A stretch of 63,973 bases of DNA, filler included, from Octopus bimaculoides (Eukaryota): the NCBI RefSeq assembly GCF_001194135.2. It is 9 parts of 6 records of this genome, joined end to end, with 100 filler letters (N's around TTAATTAATTAA, not from the genome) between each part and the next. Parts side by side here need not be neighbours in the genome. Positions count along the whole stretch, not along the records: positions 51,534 to 53,615 come from NC_068983.1; positions 53,716 to 62,746 come from NC_068984.1; positions 62,847 to 63,973 come from NC_068981.1; 6 more parts are not named here. One strand, 5' to 3'. The stretch's first letter is position 1, and each line of letters opens with the position of its first letter. The notes under the pieces were generated by a model, which did no database searches, was not told the DNA's origin, and worked only from the letters and a program-made list of their open reading frames with translations. Below are positions 51,434 to 63,973 of this stretch, in pieces. The translations under genes were made by a program, and so were the position numbers.

Positions 51434-51548
51434 NNNNNNNNNNNNNNNNNNNNNNNNNNNNNNNNNNNNNNNNNNNNTTAATTAATTAANNNNNNNNNNN
51501 NNNNNNNNNNNNNNNNNNNNNNNNNNNNNNNNNGTGTGTGTGTCTCTC

Positions 51549-52189
51549 TGTCTGAGTGGGGGGTGTTGTTTTAAATACCCTTGTGGTGTGTGTGTGTGTG
51601 TAAGCAACCGTATGTGTGTGTGATGGTTCATATCTATGTGTATGTCTGTATGTGTGCGTATGTCTATTTGTGTTGTGTGTTGGTGGGGGTGTTATGTGTG
51701 TGTACGTGAGTTTGTGTGTGTCTGTAAGTATGTTTGTGTTTGAATTGTCCTTGTGGTGCGTGTGTGTGTGACGGATCAACTGTATGTTTGTGCATGAGGG
51801 TGCATGGGTGTGTGAGCATGTATGTGTGTGTTGTATTTATTAGGTGTCCTTGTACGTTGGGTTTTATATATGACGCGACTCTATCTCTTTCTCTGTCTCT
51901 TGTTCCCCCTCTCGTTCTTCTTCTGTTACTACTACGTATCTCTCTTTACCCCTCTCGTTCTTCCTTCTGTTACTACTATATCTCTCTCTTTCCCCTCTCG
52001 TTCTTCCTTCTGTTACTACTATACTTCTCTCTTCCACTCTTTCTCTCGTTGCTCACCTATTCTTCTACTTCCTCCCCTTGTTTCTCCCTCTACCACTCTC
52101 TCCCCTCCTTACCATCACACACACATACGGTTGCTTACACACACACACACACCACAAGGGTATTTAAAACAACACCCCCCACTCAGACA
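51549..52189. repeat. 78-bp inverted repeat pair
   Basis: 51549-51626 and 52112-52189 are reverse complements. Confidence 0.85.
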
Positions 52190-52449
52190 TGCGAACTTAC
52201 TTCGTCCCGCTTTCAGTTCGTGCCTCACAGCGTTCATGTACACATAATTTTTCACGTCTGGCTGCATAGCCTTTTCCTGTCTTGTTTTCTTTTCCGTTTG
52301 TTTTCCTGTCTTGTTTTTTGTCCGCCACTACATTCCTCCATGGCACAGGTTTAATTTGTGTATACAAATTTAATTTGCGGTCCATGGGAAGAGCCATTTT
52401 AACGATGCGTCCTGCCCTACTCATCGAAACGCCGATATTAAAACGGGGG

Positions 52450-53282
52450 TAGCTAATGAGGGAAAATGTTCTCTATGTGGCTTGTGTGTTTTCTGTACTC
52501 TGGTTATTATTGTTTTCTTGTCTACGTTTTGTTTGCAATGTCCTGTACCCAAATATGCACCTATATATACAGGTAGACGTAGGTATGCACATACCTGTAC
52601 GCATATATGCATATACTCATTTATTATTTGTTTTANNNNNNNNNNNNNNNNNNNNNNNNNNNNNNNNNNNNNNNNNNNNNNNNNNNNNNNNNNNNNNNNN
52701 NNNNNNNNNNNNNNNNNNNNNNNNNNNNNNNNNNNNNNNNNNNNNNNNNNNNNNNNNNNNNNNNNNNNNNNNNNNNNNNNNNNNNNNNNNNNNNNNNNNN
52801 NNNNNNNNNNNNNNNNNNNNNNNNNNNNNNNNNNNNNNNNNNNNNNNNNNNNNNNNNNNNNNNNNNNNNNNNNNNNNNNNNNNNNNNNNNNNNNNNNNNN
52901 NNNNNNNNNNNNNNNNNNNNNNNNNNNNNNNNNNNNNNNNNNNNNNNNNNNNNNNNNNNNNNNNNNNNNNNNNNNNNNNNNNNNNNNNNNNNNNNNNNNN
53001 NNNNNNNNNNNNNNNNNNNNNNNNNNNNNNNNNNNNNNNNNNNNNNNNNNNNNNNNNNNNNNNNNNNNNNNNNNNNNNNNNNNNNNNNNNNNNNNNNNNN
53101 NNTATATATATAATACAAATAATATATGAGTATATGCATATATACGTACATACCTACATCTACATGTATATATAGATGCATATCTGGGTACAGGTTGTTG
53201 CAAAAAAGCGTGGAAAAATGATAAACGGAGAACAGAAAACACACAGGCCACATAGAGCGCATTTCCTTCATCAGCTGCCACA
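52450..53282. repeat. Diverged ~180-bp inverted repeats flanking an N gap
   Basis: CTCTATGTGGC.TGTGTGTTTTCTGT..TGTACCCA.ATATGCA on the left is mirrored at 53102-53282. Confidence 0.75.
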
Positions 53283-53348
53283 CGCACACATAAATACACA
53301 CACACACACCCGCACATATATACTGATATGTGCTTGTATGTGTACATA

Positions 53349-53380
<32 letters not shown>

Positions 53381-53570
53381 GGGATAATTCACAAAAAAAC
53401 AACAAAAGACGAAGACAGGTGGTGCAGGAAACAGACAAATATATGAGTATAACGCCTGGGAATTGAAAAAGTCATTAACCTTTCGAGTCTACGCCCTTCC
53501 AGAGAAATGAACACAGAATGAAACAAGGAGAGAAAAAATGTGTGTAGTGGTTAGCGATCTATCCTGGCAA

Positions 53571-53615
<45 letters not shown>

Positions 53616-53814
53616 NNNNNNNNNNNNNNNNNNNNNNNNNNNNNNNNNNNNNNNNNNNNTTAATTAATTAANNNNNNNNNNNNNNNNNNNNNNNNNNNNN
53701 NNNNNNNNNNNNNNNAGTGATGGTCGGTGATTCAAAGGGAGAAATGGGAGAGGGTGATACGAAAAAGAAGAAGAAAAAGAGAAGGTAGAGGAAAAAGAGA
53801 AGGCAAAAATGAAA

Positions 53815-53855
<41 letters not shown>

Positions 53856-54288
53856 CACACACACACATATATTTGTATATAAAGTAAAGGTATTCAGAAA
53901 TCCCGTTTCTGATCTATGAATAAGCGTTTGTTCTCTAACGAGGAAGGAGACGGCTTACGCATCTACACAACCAGATCATGAACCTTAGCGCCCCCATCAG
54001 AGGGTTCCATGTAGATACAACTGCAGCCGGTTTCACCTCCCTTGCCCTAACACATTTTTTACGTGACCTTTTGGTAATGAAATGTTAGGTCAATGAATAC
54101 GAATACGTATTATATGTAAATATGCATCCATCCATCCATCCATACATACATACATAGTACATACATACATACATACATACACACACACATACATACATAC
54201 ATACATATAATGTATACACACATATTCATATATATATATGCATACATATACATACATATATTTAACATGTACGATGTGTATGTCTGTA

Positions 54289-54321
<33 letters not shown>

Positions 54322-55155
54322 TGCATGTTAAAGAATGTACGTATGTATTATATACACATGCACACGTATGTATGTATATTTAAAGGTCGTTGGAGTGTGT
54401 GGTGCGGGTTGTTATTCAGTGAGACAATCAGTGACATTCGAGGGAACTCGTAGTGGTGGTCTGTGTCGGCATGAATCAATTTGATAGAAATGTACTTCAG
54501 AACGTTTTTTTTTTTTTTTTCCTTANNNNNNNNNNNNNNNNNNNNNNNNNNNNNNNNNNNNNNNNNNNNNNNNNNNNNNNNNNNNNNNNNNNNNNNNNNN
54601 NNNNNNNNNNNNNNNNNNNNNNNNNNNNNNNNNNNNNNNNNNNNNNNNNNNNNNNNNNNNNNNNNNNNNNNNNNNNNNNNNNNNNNNNNNNNNNNNNNNN
54701 NNNNNNNNNNNNNNNNNNNNNNNNNNNNNNNNNNNNNNNNNNNNNNNNNNNNNNNNNNNNNNNNNNNNNNNNNNNNNNNNNNNNNNNNNNNNNNNNNNNN
54801 NNNNNNNNNNNNNNNNNNNNNNNNNNNNNNNNNNNNNNNNNNNNNNNNNNNNNNNNNNNNNNNNNNNNNNNNNNNNNNNNNNNNNNNNNNNNNNNNNNNN
54901 NNNNNNNNNNNNNNNNNNNNNNNNNNNNNNNNNNNNNNNNNNNNNNNNNNNNNNNNNNNNNNNNNNNNNNNNNNNNNNNNNNNNNNNNNNNNNNNNNNNN
55001 NNNNNNNNNNNNNNNNNNNNNNNNNNNNNNNNNNNNNNNNNNNNNNNNNNNNNNNNNNNNNNNNNNNNNNNNNNNNNNNNNNNNNNNNNNNNNNNNNNNN
55101 NNNNNNNNNNNNNNNNNNNNNNNNNNNNNNNNNNNNNNNNNNNNNNNNNNNNNNN

Positions 55156-55524
55156 GTGGCCATGCTGGAGCACCGCCTTTAGTCGAGCAAATCGACCCCA
55201 GGACTTATTCTTTGTAAGCCTAGTACTTATTCTATCGGTCACTTTTGCCGAACTGCTAAGTTACTGGGACGTAAACACACCAGCATCGGTTGTCAAGCGA
55301 TGTTGGGGGGACAAACACAGACACAAACATATACACATACACATACATATACATATATACGACGGGCTTCTTTCAGTTTCCGTCTACCAAATCCACTCAC
55401 AAGGCTTTGGTCGGCCCGAGGCATATAGTAGAAGACACTTGCCCAAGGTGCCACGCAGTGGTACTGAACCCGGAACCATGTGGTTGGTAAGCAAGCTACT
55501 TACCACACAGCCACTCCTACGCCT
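55156..55524 (-). mobile_element. SINE family A, near full length
   Basis: Well-preserved head, centre and tail. Confidence 0.9.
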
Positions 55525-58500
55525 ATACCTTATTAAACATAAGGCTTGTAATTTTAAATAAAAGATTTAGTTGATACCATCGACCTCAGTACTTGACTGT
55601 TACTTTATGTTATCGACCCCCGGATGAGGGAAAAGCAAAGTTGACCGTGTAGAGATTTGAACTCAAAACGTAAATGGCCAGAACGAATACCGAAAGGTAT
55701 TTTTCCTACGCTCTAACGATATTCTATCTAGATTGATAGAAATAAAGATTTCACATTTTGTTACCAGGCCAGCAATTTTGGGGGAAATCATGTGTGTGGG
55801 TGGGGTGCAGTCGATACCATCAATCCAGTACTTAACTGGTACTTTGTCTTATCTGCGCTAAAAGGATGATAAGCAAAGTGGATCTCAGCTATTGCAAGAT
55901 ATTTCTTCCGACGTTTTCATGACTGATTCGGTCTACTCAACCGACTGTGACTGCTCCAGCGACCAAAAGTGAGAGACACTTATTGGTCAAAGAGTGAGGG
56001 ATGGCGGATTAAATTGTACGAACGAGTAAAGAAGAAGAAGAAGAAGAAGAAGAAGAAGAAGCAGAAAATGATGATGATGATGACGACGACGACGACGGCG
56101 TAGTTATCGTAATAGACTCCACCTTACCACCATCAGTTCTACTCCATCGATGATATAAGAGAATACATAAACGTACGCATGCACAAACACACACACACGC
56201 ACACACACACACACACGCACACATCCATGAAGAGGGAGAGAGGAGGATAGGGAGAGAAAGAGAGAGAGAACACTGTGGCATGAAACACGAGTCGCGAGAA
56301 AAGAATTTAGTTTGCGTAAACCATATAATCGAGTACACACTTTCTCATTCGTCAACAAAAGTAAGGCTTAACCTTACTACCTACACAGATTCGCATATAC
56401 GTATGTGTGTGTGCGTATATATATATANNNNNNNNNNNNNNNNNNNNNNNNNNNNNNNNNNNNNNNNNNNNNNNNNNNNNNNNNNNNNNNNNNNNNNNNN
56501 NNNNNNNNNNNNNNNNNNNNNNNNNNNNNNNNNNNNNNNNNNNNNNNNNNNNNNNNNNNNNNNNNNNNNNNNNNNNNNNNNNNNNNNNNNNNNNNNNNNN
56601 NNNNNNNNNNNNNNNNNNNNNNNNNNNNNNNNNNNNNNNNNNNNNNNNNNNNNNNNNNNNNNNNNNNNNNNNNNNNNNNNNNNNNNNNNNNNNNNNNNNN
56701 NNNNNNNNNNNNNNNNNNNNNNNNNNNNNNNNNNNNNNNNNNNNNNNNNNNNNNNNNNNNNNNNNNNNNNNNNNNNNNNNNNNNNNNNNNNNNNNNNNNN
56801 NNNNNNNNNNNNNNNNNNNNNNNNNNNNNNNNNNNNNNNNNNNNNNNNNNNNNNNNNNNNNNNNNNNNNNNNNNNNNNNNNNNNNNNNNNNNNNNNNNNN
56901 NNNNNNNNNNNNNNNNNNNNNNNNNNNNNNNNNNNNNNNNNNNNNNNNNNNNNNNNNNNNNNNNNNNNNNNNNNNNNNNNNNNNNNNNNNNNNNNNNNNN
57001 NNNNNNNNNNNNNNNNNNNNNNNNNNNNNNNNNNNNNNNNNNNNNNNNNNNNNNNNNNNNNATATATATATATATATATATAAGCATTGTCCATGCCTAA
57101 TTAGGTTACCTATGAAGAAGGCCAAAGTAAGCGATCCCTCAAACTATGAATCCAGAAACACTTTCCACTTTACAAGAATGAAAGACGACTCAGGGTATCG
57201 AAGACATATGAAGATGAGCATAACATATCTGTATTCCTCTCATTAGCTGCCCAAACGGTTATCACTGTGGTTTTGACACCTAGGCTATACGATTCAATCC
57301 GGTGGTGTCCACAGTGTTAAAAATATAAACGTTGCCTAGGAATCCACCAGTTAGTTACTACAAGTAACAACATAAGAATAAACAAATACTGATAACTTAT
57401 AGCTACAAAATAGTACTTATGACAAAGAAGTAATTCCAAAACGGACATTCTAGCAATATAACAAGTATAGATAACTAGATACTTTGTTTCTCAACCAACA
57501 TCACATTACGAACATAATATCATACCCAAAACATGACTAATAACGATTAGTGGAACAGTATATCTTGTAAACAACGTTCCCGAACTATGTACAAGGAAAA
57601 GGACAAGCTTTGGTAGATACCTATGAAACAAGTTCAATAATGTAAAATATATTAACCAAATAAACTGCTTTATTAAAAGTAAAACAATAAGAAAAGAGAA
57701 ATAGAATTAAACCAAATTACACACACACCACGCACACACATCTTTAATTAAAACAAATAATTAAAGATTATTTAGTCTCAATTATAAAGAGACTAAATAA
57801 TCTTTATATATATATATATATATATATAAGGCAGAGCGAGTATGTGACAGATATTGAATGAGAAAAAAGATGACGAGATGAAGGGAAAGATATATATGTA
57901 GAAAGAGAAAGAGTGAATGGGGAAGAGTAAGAAATGTCGAAATAAATATAAAAACCAATAAAGATAAACATAAAGAAAAAGTATAGAAATGATCGTGGTT
58001 TTGTTTTCGTATGTTCGTTTTGTATCATATATTAATTTTATATCTTTATTCTTAAGTTTCGGTGATTCCTTGTTTTGCTTTGACTTATTTTACATCTGAG
58101 GCATTTTAACTAACGCACATTCAGTGTTTTTACGAAGGTTATTTGGTGTAGCAACGTTAATTTAATTTGAAATTCTACACAGCACATTGTATATGCGGTG
58201 AACACACATAAGCTTGCGTGATGCGTGTAAAAAAATATGGAAGCTTCCGTTGGCTTCCTCTTGATTAGGAAACATGTCATGTCCGACAACAGTAAGATTG
58301 TCGCTATGGTTTATTATGTGCGTAATCTGAAAATCGTTATCACAGAATACTGAATACATTTTAATCACTTGTATGCAGTTCAACTGTGTATTTCCATCGC
58401 TATTGCCTATGGATACGTGAAGTGGTGTCATTATAAGAATGTATAACGAAGGGAAAGCGTTTCTTCTAAAGAAAATCCGTCAGAAGAGTTTTTAAAAAAA

Positions 58501-59339
58501 CATCATCAGGTTCATCACCATCGTCTTCGTCATTATTATCCATTTTCCAGCCAAGAATGAAGCTTTTCCGAGATTTCTCGATTTGCAAGAAATAGCAGTA
58601 ACATCTCATTTACATGAGAATTTACGGTTTTAAAAGAAGGAAAGAATGTTCCAATAATGTAGCAGTACGGTGGCTAGTGTGTCTCTATAACCCTGAGTAG
58701 GGCTTTCTATGCTAGATTGGTCAAAGAATAGAAGCCAGACTAATATAGACAAACTCTCAGGAGAGGTCGAAATGGGTTTGTGTATGGTAAACACCCCTAC
58801 CTAGGAAAACGAATTTAAAATGTTACAAAAGCATCGATGACATTTCAAAACCTACGAGAAATGGGAGAGAAGACCAGAAAAGACATCCTACAGTCGAGAA
58901 GAGCGGAGAAAAGTCGTCAGTGGCTTATGCTCTATATGTAGCGAAGCGCTTATGCAAGTAAATGTATTACGCCTGAGACAAAGAGAGAAAAAGGTAAGAA
59001 AATCGTGGGATGGCGATGACTTGAAAGCCTTTGATCATTATTCGATTCTATTATAACTTATCTAGGGATAAACAAAATCAATCATTAATGTTTCAAACGG
59101 TGGAAGATGACAGAATCAATAAAGATGCAGTTCCTGCCAGTGCTATACTTTGCATGTTCCCCCGTGTTCGATAACGAATTAATCAGATTCTCAGACGGAT
59201 ATGAAAATTTTTTGCCTATGTTAGAAAGGAAGAAACGTTCGAGCGTCAGACAAATTTCTTTGCGGTATTTCAAATTCCGCCGTGCTCAGATTTACTTTTC
59301 ATCCTTTCGCGTTGGATACAATAAACTACCAGTCGACTC

Positions 59340-59457
59340 ATGAGTTCAATGTAGTCCAGACTAGCTCCTCCCCCAACCCTGCTCTTCAGATACTTATCTT
59401 ATTAACCCCAAAAGGATGAAAGAAAAGTCAACCTCGGCGGAATTTGAACTTAGAACG
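59340..59457 (-). mobile_element. SINE family B, 3' part (split by an LTR element; 5' part at 62094-62166)
   Basis: GGATGAAAGAAAAGTCAACCTCGGCGGAATTTGAACTTAGAACG continues colinearly after 62093. Confidence 0.75.
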
Positions 59458-62093
59458 TGTTGTAGTGAATTAGTAATTATGGTACACCCCTCCCACTTGA
59501 CGAATGGAATAACCGAGTGGCTATAAAAAAAAAAAGAAAAGTAGCCGGTCAGAGAGAATTGTGGCTTTTTTTTTTTTTTTTGCTGGTGTTGGTTTTTGTT
59601 CTTTTTCTCCCCATTGTGGGTGTGTGTGAAAAAATAGTTTTTATTATGGAAATCTACGCAAAATCCGCTGCAGTGGAAGCGGCTACACCGTTGGAAGCGA
59701 AACAGTTAAAATTTAACATGGAGGAGATAAGAACCGAACAGTTTGTGCAAAGAGAGGGAGACGCAATAAAGCTGGTCCCTCCAGAGGAAACAGTCAATGA
59801 TAAGAGCGATAGGACGGGATGGAGAGCAGGTGTGGTCACCGCACGTTCGATTCTACCTTACCCAGTTAACGTTCTTAACGGACATTGAAGCATGGATCAA
59901 GCGGAGACCTAAACTGGGAGNNNNNNNNNNNNNNNNNNNNNNNNCGTCAGGCGCTCCAGCTACTCTCTCGGGCGGGCAATGCCGGTAGCAGGAGTTCCAC
60001 CGCGGATTTCTATATCGAGTTAATGGAATCTATGTCAGAAGACGCCCTGAGGGAGACCCTTGCCTACGACGAAAATCAGTTGGTCAACCTGTTCAGGAGA
60101 ACGTTCGGGCCGGGGTATCTGGATAATTACCAGAAATCCCTGATTTTTACACAGGGGCTTACTGCCGAAAAGGTCGCAGAAGTTAGAACTAGAATTCTCG
60201 CAAAGCTTGAACAAAATCGGAATGTAACCCTGCAGCAAGTGTCAGAAGAATGTGAAAGGATAGTCAAATTAAGACGCAGAAATTGAACGTAAAGATGGTT
60301 TTCAAGTAAGGCAAGTGCGAAATAGTCAGAAGAGATAGTGTTTTCTAAATAAAAAAAAAAAAAATAAAAAAACCACAAAAATCAGGAAATAAACCCATGT
60401 CTTGGATGTGGAGATATGCATCTGAGGAAAAATTATCCATCAAAAAAGGCGGGGTGCTTTTGTTGTAGAAATATAGGACATATGAAGACGCACTGTAGAA
60501 CGAAGAAAACAAAACGTCAGAACAAAGGAAAAAGAATAAATAGTGTCATCGAAAGAAATTGGTAATGTAACGATAAGGCAATTCGTGAAAGTGAAAATCA
60601 GAAATACAAGTGTTAAAATGAAATTATACACCGCAAGTGATATCGCCAGTATAAACGAAAAAAAAAAAACTTGGAAATACGTCAATAAGCCGAAATTAAT
60701 TAACACATGGTGGTGTTACGGGAATAAGATTTTTTACAGTGAATGTAATGTAACATTTCGAGGGCAAATGTATTAAAAGATTCACTTAATATAACTGAAA
60801 CAGGATGGAGCTGCTCAAATTGTGAAATAAGTCAATAAGTGTTTTGTGTGGAAATACAGTTGGTTCAGTCGAAGGTTCGAATGCGACTGAGGGACTGAAA
60901 AAAAATTGCAGTAAAACAGAGTGTGTAAGCCAAAACGAAATGAAAAATTGCCCACAATAAAAAGTGAACCTTGACCAAAAGTAGATGTTCCGTGGTCGAG
61001 ACTACACCTTTTAGTTGTATTTGATAGTTTTTCGAAATGGCCTGAAATTTCTAAGTGTTATAAACCAACCTCAACCGTGATAAATTTTTTACACGAATTG
61101 TTTGCAAGATTTGGCATCCCAGACAAGCTTGTGTCTGATAATGGAACGCAATTTGTGCCTACTGAATTTTAAAATATTTATGAAACGTTCGCAGTGGAAC
61201 ATAACTACGGCGTCATACCATCTCAGATCTTCTGGACAGGCAGAACACTTTGTTGGCACCTTCAAAAGAGCCCATAGAAAATCGAATAAAGAAGTCACGG
61301 ATGAGGTAGCTCTACAACATTTTTTTTTTTTTTTTTTTTTTGAGAGTACAGTGTGACACCAAATCCGAATATACCGGCAGGTAGATCACCAGCGGAGCTG
61401 ATGTTTGCAAGGAAAGTAAAATCCGTCTTTGATAAATTGTTACCTGGCAAGAAAAGAAAAAGTGACAGGGAAGACATAGCAAGATTTTAAGTTGGTGAAA
61501 ACGTGTATATGAGGGGATACAAGAATGGGAAGCAGAGTTGGGAAGATGGTGTAAATACTAAGTGCATAAGTAAAATGATGTATTGTGTAAAAAGTAGAAA
61601 AGGCCTACAAAAGAGACACAGGAACCAACTGAAAAAAGCGATTCGTGAAAAGCGAACTAAAGAAGTTGGAGGAACCGATGGAATGGTTGTACGATACGTG
61701 CCAAGTACCAACGCCACTGCAGAGGATTGAACCCAGGTGTACAAGGGAGAAGAAAAGAAAACCTACAGAGTTTCTGAAAATAGATGCCAAGCGCAAAAAA
61801 TATTAAACTGTACGAAAAAAACCTCAAAGGGAGGTGGGGGAAATAAAAAAAAAAATATTATTGCTGAATAAAATGACACTTCCAAAGAAAAACTTAAAAG
61901 GGGAGATATTGTAGGGAATTAGTAATAATGGTACACCCCTCCCACGGGACGAATGGAATAATCTAGTCAATATCAGTGAAGATAAGTACCGGAGAACGTG
62001 TCAGAGATAGACGTGCTTTTTCTAGTTTTACTAAGTAATACTGTATACCGAAGTGGGCATTATAACAAGCCAACATTTGTAAGGATTATAACA
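59458..62093 (+). mobile_element. Ty3/Gypsy (Mag-like) LTR retrotransposon lacking RT/RNaseH
   Basis: LTRs begin T.TTGTAG.GAATTAGTAAT.ATGGTACACCCCTCCCAC (59458; 61907-62093 ending CA), with a PPT before the 3' LTR and TSD GAACG/GAATG. Gag RTRILAKLEQ..TLQQVSEEC, CFCCRNIGHMKTHC knuckle, decayed protease MKLYTASD, integrase FSKWPE..FARFGIPDKLVSDNGTQF..SSGQAEHFV. Confidence 0.88.
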
Positions 62094-62879
62094 GAATGTA
62101 ATGACGGACAAAATGTCACTAACCAATTTGTCTGGCATGCTTAACGATTCTGTCAACCTCGCCGCCTTTCCTAAATTAAAAATAATGGTTTCAAATTTTG
62201 GCACAATTTTAGGGGATGGAGTTAACCGATTATGTCGACTCTGGTGCTTAACTGCTACTTATTTTATCGACCCCGAAATGGATTACAGGCATATCTGGAG
62301 TTGGTGGGGTTTGAAACCAAGGCATAAAGAGCCAGAAGAAATCCAGCAAGGAATTTTGTCTGCCCTTTCTATTGCAAAAAAATGTACTTAATTTTTTTTT
62401 TTTTTTGTTTTCGCTCGGTTTACTTACAATATCATACCAAAGTTTACAGCAAGCCCAGGAAACGCTGGATACAATGTAATTGGATTCCCTTGTGCAACAT
62501 TCCCTGTTTGAAATTTCCTCTAATTTTAAAGTTTGACTATTTTCCTGATTTCACTTCTAGACTTCAGTAAGTTGAGAGTGTAAAAATAAAACAAATAAGT
62601 ACATTTTGTTGCTATAGACACAAGGAAAGTGTGTAAAGAAACACTGTTTTAATATAAGAAAATGTCGACAAAACTTCAGTGATGAGAGTACATAAGTACT
62701 TAAGTAGATAGAATGACATGCATTAAAATATATATAAAATTCCATTNNNNNNNNNNNNNNNNNNNNNNNNNNNNNNNNNNNNNNNNNNNNTTAATTAATT
62801 AANNNNNNNNNNNNNNNNNNNNNNNNNNNNNNNNNNNNNNNNNNNNTACGCATGCGCACAGCGTTACTACAGACTGAAC

Positions 62880-63011
62880 CCAGTAGGCAAATGATACTCA
62901 ATTTAACGACCCCGGAAGGATAAAAGGCAAAGTCGACCTTGGCGGAATTTGAACTCAGAACGTAAAGACAGACGAAATACCAGTAAGCATTTCGCCCGGC
63001 GTGCTAACGTT
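62880..63011 (-). mobile_element. SINE family B
   Basis: GACCCCGGAAGGATAAAAGGCAAAGTCGACCTTGGCGGAATTTGAACTCAGAACG..GCTAACG. Confidence 0.85.
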
Positions 63012-63577
63012 TCTTATTTCTTTACTGCCCACAAGGGGCTACACACAGTGGGGACAAACAAGGACAGACAAACGGATTAAGTTAATCATAGTCAAAATCA
63101 TTTCCTTTGCTTTAACACTTTTGCATGTAAACAAACGATAAGAAAAAATAAAAGAATAAAACATGAACTTCGCATTTCATTCTTTTTTGTCAGTATTCGT
63201 GTATAAAAAGAAAATCATACATCAACGGGATTAACCGAACGACTTCCAGTCTTAAAATTATTTTGCTACATTTTAAAAACTTTTTTTCATTTTGTTTTCT
63301 TTGTTCAATGCACACGTAAACATATGTTTGTGAATGTATAGAACACATTGCTCAGGATATTGTTTCTATGCTTATTGCAAAACAACTTCAAGACACAGCT
63401 ACAGTCACACACAGTTTATGTGACATGGATATTCTTTTGTTGGCTTCGGTCATTTGACAGCAATTACGCTGCTTACATACTGCTTTCAGGAAGTTTCGTA
63501 AGATTTTTTTTATATCAACCACTGTCCATTAGTTTGTTCGGTAGTTATTTTATTGCTCAATATTTATCACACACAGG

Positions 63578-63788
63578 TGGCGAGCTGGCAGAAACGTTAG
63601 CACGCCGGGCGAAATGCTTACCGGTATTTCGTCTGTCTTTACGTTCTGAGTTAAATTCCCCCGAGGTCAACTTTGCCTTTCATCTTTCGAGGTCGATAAA
63701 TTAAGTACCAGTTGTGAACTGGAGTCAATCTAATCGACTAGCCCCCTCCCCAAAAATTTCGGGCCTTGTGCCCAGAGTAGAAAAGAAA
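63578..63788 (+). mobile_element. SINE family B, full length
   Basis: tRNA head and Nin/Deu-like domain; flanked by a TTTATCACACACAGG duplication. Confidence 0.88.
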
Positions 63789-63802
63789 ATTTATCACACA
63801 CA

Positions 63803-63945
63803 GGCAGCGAGCTGGCAGAAACGTTAGCATGCCGGGCGAAATGCCTAGAGTTATTTCGTCTGCCGCTATGTTCTGAGTTCAAATTCCGCCGAAGTCGACT
63901 TTGCCTTTCATCCGTTCGGGGTTGATTAAATAAGTACCAGTTACG
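63803..63945 (+). mobile_element. SINE family B, tandem second copy
   Basis: GGCAGCGAGCTGGCAGAAACGTTAGC..GAGTTCAAATTCCGCC..AAGTACCAG. Confidence 0.85.
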
Positions 63946-63973
63946 TACTGATTAAATAAGTACCAGCAGTACG

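Noticed and set aside
58162-58431. 89-aa minus ORF with HIINHSDN, vaguely like ISXO2/Merlin transposase NHS motif
   Set aside because: A single short motif with no other catalytic residues recognisable.

Overview
This is repeat-saturated, AT-rich animal genomic DNA from a gapped draft scaffold. The SINE families and microsatellite density suggest a cephalopod (octopus-like), which is an inference. No host protein-coding gene can be supported; almost all long ORFs in the track are microsatellite or N-gap artefacts. Decayed transposons present: Penelope-like elements, a near-complete CR1-type LINE, RTE and R4-type LINE fragments, BEL/Pao gag-protease, an RT-less Ty3/Gypsy element nested in a SINE, two Helitron helicase remnants, Tc1/mariner pieces, a hAT-like transposase, MITEs and many tRNA-derived SINEs. 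The main hidden signal is a set of type I hammerhead-ribozyme-like motifs in at least four unrelated repeats. One belongs to a ~330-bp tandem, retrozyme-like family whose hammerhead was split by a DNA transposon with an 8-bp TSD and can be reconstituted by removing it. All assignments are from motif reading by eye; no searches or folding programs were run, and many boundaries are approximate.
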